Under the pieces are notes generated by a model. The model was not told the DNA's origin, made no database searches, and worked only from the letters and a program-made list of their open reading frames with translations. This document shows positions 26,760 through 33,880 of a DNA stretch of 64,000 nucleotides, in pieces. Numbering within the stretch: the first letter of the stretch is position 1; every line of letters begins with the position of its first letter. The DNA lies in the NCBI GenBank assembly GCA_031409855.1, contig JANNYA010000141.1, forward strand, positions 6,906-70,905, written 5' to 3'. The position numbers and the translations under genes were made by a program. Source of the stretch: Rhodanobacteraceae bacterium. Its GTDB lineage: Bacteria > Pseudomonadota > Gammaproteobacteria > Xanthomonadales > SZUA-5.

Positions 26760-26906
26760 GGGTGCATCCTTGCAAATAGTTTTCGGTGGGTGAGCGACGC
26801 TTGATGCGTTTTGGCGACGCAAAAGGAACGGCTAAAACTGCGATCAGCAAAAAATCATACTTGGTGGCGTATCTATATAGCCAGTTTTCTTATTCGCTAA
26901 GCGCAC

Positions 26907-27263
26907 ATGCCGATTGCTTTAAACCTTCAGCAATACTTTTTAAAAGTTCGCGCTGCAACTGACTTTTGGCACCTGCGCACCGTATTCTTTGGCGTTTTAA
27001 TGTTAACGCTTCCGCATTTTGGGTTTGCAGAACAAGAACAAGCCAAACAAAATTCTTCCGCGCCCGCATCACCCGCGTTACAGTCGTTAACGTTAGAACA
27101 GGCAGTGAAGCGCGTAACGCGGCAAAGTGGGGGTAAGATACTATCAGCCCGACGAATTCAGACTCGGAAGGGGCCAATGTTCAGAATTAAAGTTCTTACT
27201 CGCACTGGGCGCGTTCGCGTGGTACAAATTGCAGAGTTTGAGCCACCATCAGTTTCTAAATGA
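26907..27263 (+). CDS. PepSY-domain protein (small periplasmic, upstream of the two-component system)
   Basis: Hydrophobic leader VFFGVLMLTLPHFGFA, then LTLEQAVKRVTRQSGGKILSARRIQTRKGPMFRIKVLTRTGRVRVVQI, a PepSY-like pattern. The start codon is uncertain. Confidence 0.6.
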   Translation: MPIALNLQQYFLKVRAATDFWHLRTVFFGVLMLTLPHFGFAEQEQAKQNSSAPASPALQSLTLEQAVKRVTRQSGGKILSARRIQTRKGPMFRIKVLTRTGRVRVVQIAEFEPPSVSK

Positions 27264-27360
27264 TTCATTTTGCAAAAGCAAAAAACGTTCCAAATTGATT
27301 CGTTTTGCAAAAGCAAAACACATTCCTAATTGATTCGTTTTGCATCAGCAAAACAAATGA
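27261..27360. promoter_or_regulatory. Three tandem 35-bp repeats, each containing the palindrome TTTTGC-N4-GCAAAA, immediately upstream of the response-regulator gene
   Basis: Units: 27261-27295 tgattcattttgcaaaagcaaaaaacgttccaaat; 27296-27330 tgattcgttttgcaaaagcaaaacacattcctaat; 27331-27360 tgattcgttttgcatcagcaaaacaaatga. The array starts at the PepSY stop codon and ends 14 nt before the RR ATG. Confidence 0.6.
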
Positions 27361-27374
27361 CCAAAGGTGAGTAA

Positions 27375-28055
27375 ATGCGCGTACTAATCGTCGAAGATGA
27401 AGCCCCACTCCGGGAAACGCTTGCAGCACGGATGCAGCGCGAAGGTTTTGCGGTAGATACCGCGTGCGATGGCGAAGAAGCCATTTACATGGGGCGCGAA
27501 GTCCCGTTCGATATCGTGATCGTCGATCTAGGGTTGCCGAGGATGTCGGGCATCGAAGTCGTCAAAAAATTACGCGAGTTGCAAAAACGCTATCCGATCT
27601 TAATTTTGACCGCGCGTTCGAGCTGGCAAGATAAAGTTGAGGGCCTGAAAAGCGGCGCTGACGATTACTTGGTCAAGCCCTTCCACATTGAAGAGCTGCT
27701 GGCCCGTGTCAATGCCTTGGTGCGTCGCTCCGCAGGCTGGAGCAAGCCCGTGTTGGAATGCGGCCCGGTGGCGATGGATACCACCGCGCAAACGGTTTCA
27801 ATCAATGCGCAAGTGATTGATCTAACCAGTTACGAATACAAAGTGCTTGAATATTTAATGCTGCACGCCGGTGAGTTAGTCAGCAAAGGCGATTTGACCG
27901 AGCATATTTACGAGCAAGATTTTGACCGTGACAGCAATGTCATCGAAGTTTTCATCGGTCGCTTGCGTAAAAAGCTCGATAATGATGGCACTTTAAAGCC
28001 AATCGAAACCGTGCGTGGGCGCGGCTACCGCTTTGCGATCCCGCGAACGCCATAG
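27375..28055 (+). CDS. OmpR/PhoB-family response regulator
   Basis: 226 aa. Receiver MRVLIVEDE...IVIVDLGLPRMSG...KP, and winged helix LT..EYKVLEYLM...RDSNVIEVFIGRLRKKL...ETVRGRGYRF. AAGGTGAG RBS. Confidence 0.9.
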   Translation: MRVLIVEDEAPLRETLAARMQREGFAVDTACDGEEAIYMGREVPFDIVIVDLGLPRMSGIEVVKKLRELQKRYPILILTARSSWQDKVEGLKSGADDYLVKPFHIEELLARVNALVRRSAGWSKPVLECGPVAMDTTAQTVSINAQVIDLTSYEYKVLEYLMLHAGELVSKGDLTEHIYEQDFDRDSNVIEVFIGRLRKKLDNDGTLKPIETVRGRGYRFAIPRTP

Positions 28056-28096
28056 TTTGCGACTCGCTAGCCTGGCCGTAAAAGAAACATAACTCC

Positions 28097-29599
28097 ATGG
28101 CGTCGACGGCTCAGGAATCCGGCTCAGGCACGGAGCGTTCGGCGTCAGAGCAAGCATCAGACAAAGCAACAGCGGGCCGGGCGAAAGCGCCGGCCCGCAG
28201 TTTTTTGAGTGCCCGCACGCCGGCGATCACCACGCGGCTTATTTTGGCGAGTGCCTTGGCGCTATCAGCTTTTCTAACGCTGACCGGCTGGGCGCTGGAT
28301 CGCGCTTTCGAGCGTAGTGCGGTCAAAGCGATCCAATTACGCTTGCAGGGGTACTTCTATTCCTTACTGCAAGAAAGCGACGTCAACGTAAAAGGCAAGC
28401 TATTGCTGTCTGATCGTATGCCACAAGCCGATTTTGATCGCCCTGCCTCTGGCTTGTATGCGGGTGTGCGTGGCCCGGATTTCTATTGGCTATCCCCGAG
28501 TGCGCTGGGCCGCGATATGCCATTTACTGAAGCGCTAACGCCGGGGGAGTTTTCCTTCAACGGCCCAGTGGCGACCGAAGCGATTGGCAATATTTACGTC
28601 TTTAGTTCGGGTGTTACCTTCGAAGACGATGCGCCGAACAAGCCTGTCAACGCTGTGCCTGCGCCGACATACACGTTTTTTGTCGCCGAAACTGAGAGCT
28701 CTTTGCTTAAGCAAAAGGCCGCATTTCGCAGCACACTTACCCGTTATTTGGGTGGCTTTGGGCTGTTGCTGCTATTTGTGCAAGGCTTCTTGCTGCGCAT
28801 GAGCCTAAATCCGTTGCGTCATGTTGCAAAAGAATTGGCTGAGGTTGAACGCGGTACCGCTGAGGAATTGATTGGCCCGTATCCTTCTGAACTTGCCGGC
28901 CTAACCAGCAGCTTAAATCGCGTGATTGGTGCGGAGCGCGACAACTTGAAACGCTACCGCAACACGCTCGGTGATTTGGCGCACAGCCTTAAAACGCCGC
29001 TGGCGGTGATGCGCGGCTTACTCGATAGCGAACCAGAAAAACCGCAATTGATCGCCGGCACGGAAGAGCAAATTCGGCGTATGAATGAAATTGTCGCCTA
29101 TCAATTGGCGCGCGCGGCTTCCAGTGGACACAAGACCTTCGCCGCACCCATGGCTATCGATAAAAACGCCGAAGAAATCGTGCAAAGTTTGGAAAAAGTC
29201 TATGCCGTGAAAGGCGTGCTGTGCGAGTTTGAATTGGATGAAGCCGCACGTTTCCACGGCGAATTAGGCGACGTAATGGAGGTGTTGGGCAATCTTTTAG
29301 ACAACGGCTTCAAATGGGCAAAGTCGCGCGTGGTGTTGACCACCCGCCAAATCGGCAACGCCAAATCGCGCCGCATGGGCTTAGAAATTTGCGTCGAAGA
29401 TGATGGCCCCGGCATTCCCGAAGCCAAAATGGACGATATGCTCAAACGCGGCGTACGCGGCGACGAACGCGTGCACGGCCACGGCATCGGCCTTTCGACG
29501 GTTAGCAATGTGATGGAAAGCTATCAAGGCCAGCTCAACATTGATCGCTCGCCTGAGCTGGGTGGGGCCAGGTTTAGTGCGGTGTTTCCGCCGCTTTAG
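28097..29599 (+). CDS. Sensor histidine kinase (two TM helices, periplasmic domain, HisKA + HATPase_c)
   Basis: 500 aa. H-box LGDLAHSLKTPLAV, N-box LGNLLDNGFKWA, G1 VEDDGPGIP, G2 GHGIGLS. Confidence 0.85.
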   Translation: MASTAQESGSGTERSASEQASDKATAGRAKAPARSFLSARTPAITTRLILASALALSAFLTLTGWALDRAFERSAVKAIQLRLQGYFYSLLQESDVNVKGKLLLSDRMPQADFDRPASGLYAGVRGPDFYWLSPSALGRDMPFTEALTPGEFSFNGPVATEAIGNIYVFSSGVTFEDDAPNKPVNAVPAPTYTFFVAETESSLLKQKAAFRSTLTRYLGGFGLLLLFVQGFLLRMSLNPLRHVAKELAEVERGTAEELIGPYPSELAGLTSSLNRVIGAERDNLKRYRNTLGDLAHSLKTPLAVMRGLLDSEPEKPQLIAGTEEQIRRMNEIVAYQLARAASSGHKTFAAPMAIDKNAEEIVQSLEKVYAVKGVLCEFELDEAARFHGELGDVMEVLGNLLDNGFKWAKSRVVLTTRQIGNAKSRRMGLEICVEDDGPGIPEAKMDDMLKRGVRGDERVHGHGIGLSTVSNVMESYQGQLNIDRSPELGGARFSAVFPPL

Positions 29600-29691
29600 C
29601 TGAGCGATTTGGGGTCAGTTCCCGCCGCTGTCTTTAACCCCCAAATTCACGCTGTGAAAGAAAAACTATCCATGCTCGGTCTAGCACTGTT

Positions 29692-30267
29692 ATGAACCCG
29701 AACCCCCGTCAGCTGGCCTTTGACGCCCTTGTGCGCCGATTGAGCCCGGAACTTTATCGCTTCGCCTATTGGCTTTGTAAAAGCCGGGCGTTGGCGCAGG
29801 ATATTTTGCAGGAATGCTATTTGCGCGCTTGGCGCTCGTCGGAGGATTTGCGCGATGTCAACAGCGCCAAAGCCTGGATGATGACAATCCTGCGGCGCGA
29901 ATTTTTGCGTACCTTTGAGCGCAAGCAGTTTGATTTGACCGATTTGGAGGATGTCTCTATCGCCGATACGGTATCCCCAAGTTTGGAGGCGCAAAGCGAG
30001 TCGAATCTATTGCGCCAAATGATTGGCAAATTGGACACGAAATATCGTGTGCCGCTTGTACTGCAGGTCATGGGTGGCCTAAGCGGGGCGGAGATTGCCG
30101 CTGAGCTGGGTATGCAGGAAGCCACCGTCAACACGCATTTATTTCGCGCCCGCGAACAACTTAAAGCCATGGTTGATGCGCCTGTTGCCGGGGCCGCAAA
30201 AGACACCATAACTCAACACAGCAACACCGTAAACATTGGAGCCGCGCGTGAACACCGCCGAATTTGA
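29692..30267 (+). CDS. ECF (RpoE-like) sigma-70 family factor
   Basis: 191 aa. Region 2 LYRFAYWLCKSRALAQDILQECYLRAW and region 4 YRVPLVLQVMGGLSGAEIAAELGMQEATVNTHLFRAREQL. Confidence 0.85.
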   Translation: MNPNPRQLAFDALVRRLSPELYRFAYWLCKSRALAQDILQECYLRAWRSSEDLRDVNSAKAWMMTILRREFLRTFERKQFDLTDLEDVSIADTVSPSLEAQSESNLLRQMIGKLDTKYRVPLVLQVMGGLSGAEIAAELGMQEATVNTHLFRAREQLKAMVDAPVAGAAKDTITQHSNTVNIGAAREHRRI

Positions 30268-31024
30268 ATTACTTTTGGGCACTGACCCACGCCAAGCCGG
30301 GCGCAAAGCAGAGGCCAAAGCGCTGCAGCAAACGGGCGAGTGCATGGATGCCGAGCTGCGCTTGGCGCGCGCGCTGAAATTTGAGCACACGCTCGATCAG
30401 GCGTTTGAGATCGAGTTGCCCGACGTGCTGCAGGCCAAGCTTTTCGCGATTGCGCGGGCCGATGTGGCCGTGGCACCCAGCAATGGCACCCATGGTGTTT
30501 GGCGCTCGCGCCGATGGTTAGCGCTCGCGGCGGGCGTTTCGATGTTTGCGGTTGCGGCATTTGTCGGCTATCAAGGCAGAGCACAGCCGCTCAATGCGCG
30601 GCTTGCAGAGCACTGCAATGAGCACATGACGCACGAACCCTTTGCGGTAACGCGCCGAACGGTGGTGCCAAATGACTTAGTTGAGCGCATGTTTGCAATG
30701 AATGGCTTTGCCACGACAGCGCCAGACGGCCGCGCGTTGACCGCCGTCTTGGGCGAGGTCAATTACCTATCGCCCTGTAGCGTAGTCGGCAAAACTGGGA
30801 TGCATTTAGTGGTGCAAACCGCCGCCGGCCCAGTCACAGTGCTGGTCATGCCAGACGCTGCCAACGAAGGTGCAAGCGAAGTGCGTATCAACAGTGCCCT
30901 GATTCGGATTTCACCGCTGTCAAGCGGACAGAATTCGCGTGGTGCGATTGCGTTCGTGGCGGAATCGAGCGTGTCGGTGGATGCGGTTGAGGCGCGGTTT
31001 TTGCAAGCCTTGGGTGCGGTTTAG
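30236..31024 (+). CDS. Putative membrane anti-sigma factor (DUF3379-like)
   Basis: Overlaps the sigma-gene end (TTG at 30236 or GTG at 30248). N-terminal helix, a single TM helix (WLALAAGVSMFAVAAFVGY) and a periplasmic C-domain. Position and layout match anti-sigma partners. Confidence 0.55.
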   Translation: MEPRVNTAEFELLLGTDPRQAGRKAEAKALQQTGECMDAELRLARALKFEHTLDQAFEIELPDVLQAKLFAIARADVAVAPSNGTHGVWRSRRWLALAAGVSMFAVAAFVGYQGRAQPLNARLAEHCNEHMTHEPFAVTRRTVVPNDLVERMFAMNGFATTAPDGRALTAVLGEVNYLSPCSVVGKTGMHLVVQTAAGPVTVLVMPDAANEGASEVRINSALIRISPLSSGQNSRGAIAFVAESSVSVDAVEARFLQALGAV

Positions 31025-31033
31025 CGGAAAAAA

Positions 31034-33490
31034 CTATTGTAATTGCACGCTGGCGATATCCATTTCATCGTTCAGCGATACGGGCACGATCAAGCTCTGA
31101 TGGGCTAAATCCAACGCGAAAGCGCCGGCTGGCATTTTTCGGATCTTACGGTCTGTTTTTGCACGGAGATCGAAAACACGCAGTTCGTTCGTGGGGGCGG
31201 TATCGGTGGCATAGTAAACAAGCCCTTGCGCGACCCGCCAATGCCAAAACCCGCGCGGTTTAAACTGTTCTAGCCTGGGTGCTTCGGTGCCGTCGGATAA
31301 ACGTTCAAACAAAGTTCTATTTCCCACCCGCGTAAAATACAGCTTGCCTGTGCTTTGATCTATTTGAAAGCTGGCCGCATTTTCTAGCGTCCAAAGTAGC
31401 CGCCATGGTCGCGTTGCGCTATTGCTGGCGATCAGTGCGGATGCCGAGCCGCCGATTTCGCTTTCCTCTAGTTTGGGCTGCCATTTTTGCAGCCGCCGTT
31501 GCCCGCGACTGCTGCTCAAAATCACGATCGCGTCAGCATCATAATTTGCTCGAATGATCAAACCTAAGCCCGAGGGCACGGTGATGACCCGCGTTCGACT
31601 GCGGTCTAATTCAAACTCGAAAAGTTGACTGTCCAGGCTGGCAGGCGCCAATGCCGAGTACAGCAACCGTGCGCTACTGGGATGCCAACTCATCGCGCCA
31701 AAACTAGCAGGGAATTGTGTGATCGCGCGTGGTTGCAAGGTGCCGGGTTGTCCGCCACGCCCAGCTAGCCACACTTGGCCGATGCCACCGCGCGAACTTA
31801 GGAAAGCAATCCACTCGCCGCTCGGACTAACGCTGGGCGGGCCATCTGAGCTGGTGCTCGGGAACAGCCGCACGCCAGCGCGCGCATCTTTTAGGCCAAA
31901 CTCGAATAAACCGATTTGCTCTGTGGCGACCGAGAAAACAACTTTTCCGTTAGCCGAAACACTGGGAGTTTGACCCAACACGCCGAGCGCAAGTGCGGTT
32001 TGTTTTTCGCGCAGTAGGGTCAAATCGTACTCACCCTCTGAAGCAATTGCCGCAACAATGCCGAGGCTGTCTGGCAACCATGCAAACCCCGCGGTCGCTG
32101 TCGCCAAGTTGGCGAGCGGACGCAAATTCTGACCAGCGCTGTCACTGATGTAGAGGGTTGAATCCGAGCCCACCCCTCGGCGAAAAGCGAGCAACTGCCC
32201 ATTCGGTGATCGCTGCGGATGCCAGTTGAACGCGCCACCGGAAACCAGTGTTAATGATTTCCCGCTGTCGAGCTGATAGCTGACGATGCCCATCGCAATC
32301 GGCGCGTCTTTTTCCGAAGGCTGACGCTGTGCAAAAAGCAGTTCATTTTGCGTAGGCCAGTCAAAGGGCAGCATCATCCCCTCGGGGCAATCCATGAGCT
32401 TGCGCGATTCGCTGCCCAAAATGCGCTGCGCAATGATTTCGCATTGCTCATGCACGTCTGCGTCGCTTTGGGCACTTTGGCTGGCGGCATTAATGTTAGG
32501 CGGGGAGGCTAGGGCACGCAGTCGCACATAAGCGATTTCTAAGCCGTCTGCTGAAAAATGGGGATTGATCTCGCTGGCGTTGTGCGTTTGTGCGCTGTCG
32601 GCGGTCAAGCGCTGGGCGTTTGCCGTTGCCAAGTCGCGTACCCAAACACGGTTGTGCCCTTCGACTTCGGTGCTATAGGCCAGCCATGCGCCGTTGCTGG
32701 AGATCACTGGATTGCGCTCCGCGCCGGGCGTGCTGGACAGCTGCCGATAGGATTTCTTGATTTGACTTAGTTTGTCGGAATTGGCCGCAACGATTGTGCG
32801 CAGCGCTAGTTCTGCTGTGCCTTGTGCGGTGCGCTCGGCGTTGTGGGTTGACTGATTTCCATACAAGCCAAGGAAAACTGCGCAAGCGATTATCACCACC
32901 AGCAAGGAAACAGCGAACACGCGCTTACTCAACGGCGCGAAATTTCCAATTTTTGCGGGCGCTGGCCATTGCGCCACGAGTAATTCAGGCTTGGGCTCAC
33001 GCGTTTCCACGATAGCAACTGCGCCCTCTGGCGTGGCTATTGCTGGCTCCGAAACCTCACTCCAAATCGGCTGTTTGAGCAAGCGGTAGCCAATTTTTGG
33101 CACGGTCTCAATGTAATTCGGCGCCTTTTGATCGTCCTGAAACGCTTTGCGCAACTCTTTGATGGCCTGCGTCAAAACTTCTGGCGTTGGACAGGTGTTG
33201 GGCCATACTGCTTCCAAGAGTTCGTCGCGCGCGATGGTTTCACCGGATCGCAGCGCTAGTTCCAACAAAACGCTCATTGTTTTTGGCGTTAGCCGGCGTG
33301 CTTCGCCAGCGTTATCGGCAATCAGCTTTAACGCACCCACATCGACTTGATAGGCACCGAGGCGTAATGTTTGGCCTCGGTGCGAACGCAATTCCGCTAG
33401 ACCGGAAGTCTTTTGGCCGACAACACTGTTTCGGCTAACACCCACGCTATTGGGCTGCAAGGTTTTTTGAGGTGTGGGCGTTTCATGCAT
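31034..33490 (-). CDS. Membrane-anchored transcriptional regulator: CadC/OmpR-type winged-helix N-terminus + TM helix + TolB-like (PD40) beta-propeller
   Basis: 818 aa. LTPKTMSVLLELALRSGETIARDELLEAVWPNT......LTQAIKELRKAF....YIETVPKIGYRL. TM helix VFAVSLLVVIIACAVFLGL. Repeated S.DG..(I/L)A(Y/F) motifs typical of PD40 repeats. Confidence 0.75.
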   Translation of the reverse strand: MHETPTPQKTLQPNSVGVSRNSVVGQKTSGLAELRSHRGQTLRLGAYQVDVGALKLIADNAGEARRLTPKTMSVLLELALRSGETIARDELLEAVWPNTCPTPEVLTQAIKELRKAFQDDQKAPNYIETVPKIGYRLLKQPIWSEVSEPAIATPEGAVAIVETREPKPELLVAQWPAPAKIGNFAPLSKRVFAVSLLVVIIACAVFLGLYGNQSTHNAERTAQGTAELALRTIVAANSDKLSQIKKSYRQLSSTPGAERNPVISSNGAWLAYSTEVEGHNRVWVRDLATANAQRLTADSAQTHNASEINPHFSADGLEIAYVRLRALASPPNINAASQSAQSDADVHEQCEIIAQRILGSESRKLMDCPEGMMLPFDWPTQNELLFAQRQPSEKDAPIAMGIVSYQLDSGKSLTLVSGGAFNWHPQRSPNGQLLAFRRGVGSDSTLYISDSAGQNLRPLANLATATAGFAWLPDSLGIVAAIASEGEYDLTLLREKQTALALGVLGQTPSVSANGKVVFSVATEQIGLFEFGLKDARAGVRLFPSTSSDGPPSVSPSGEWIAFLSSRGGIGQVWLAGRGGQPGTLQPRAITQFPASFGAMSWHPSSARLLYSALAPASLDSQLFEFELDRSRTRVITVPSGLGLIIRANYDADAIVILSSSRGQRRLQKWQPKLEESEIGGSASALIASNSATRPWRLLWTLENAASFQIDQSTGKLYFTRVGNRTLFERLSDGTEAPRLEQFKPRGFWHWRVAQGLVYYATDTAPTNELRVFDLRAKTDRKIRKMPAGAFALDLAHQSLIVPVSLNDEMDIASVQLQ

Positions 33491-33581
33491 GTGCTGCGTT
33501 TCTCTATTGGAACAAGTGCTTAGCTGATACGCGGGGGGAGCTTATGAAGTACTACTTGTTTCGAGCGCAACAAATACGAAG

Positions 33582-33815
33582 TTATTCGTTTTTAAGTGTG
33601 ATTGGAAGTGCCGGGCTTGATGGACTTCTCGCGCGATAGTCACCGCGAAAATCCAATCGCCAGCCCGTGCCTTGCTTCGATTCCATAGTTTGCACGACGC
33701 TGCCATCGGCTTGCGCGGCGAAGCGCATTCGCGCAGGTTTTGAAGGGGGAATAGCGGGGGGTGTCGCTACCGAAACGGCGGTAATTGCCATCGAAAACAC
33801 TAGGTAAGGCGGCAT
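33582..33815 (-). CDS. Possible small (77 aa) secreted protein
   Basis: AGGAG lies 9 nt upstream of the ATG. Hydrophobic N-terminus. Lies just after the receptor terminator and upstream of the CadC-like gene. No recognisable domain, and a competing ORF exists in another frame. Confidence 0.3.
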   Translation of the reverse strand: MPPYLVFSMAITAVSVATPPAIPPSKPARMRFAAQADGSVVQTMESKQGTGWRLDFRGDYRARSPSSPALPITLKNE

Positions 33816-33829
33816 GACGCTGCACTCCT

Positions 33830-33858
33830 GAAAAGTGCGCCGAATAATTTCGGCGCAC
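33830..33858 (-). terminator. Rho-independent terminator of the TonB-dependent receptor gene
   Basis: On the minus strand: gtgcgccgaa-atta-ttcggcgcac followed by tttt. Confidence 0.75.
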
Positions 33859-33880
33859 GGCTAAGGCTAGTCAATTGCGG

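Noticed and set aside
26760-26822. N-terminal 21-codon extension of purT in the ORF track.
   Set aside because: Comparison with E. coli PurT places the conserved start region near [13 protein letters not shown]. The ATG at 26759 already leaves a somewhat long N-terminus, so the further extension is unnecessary.
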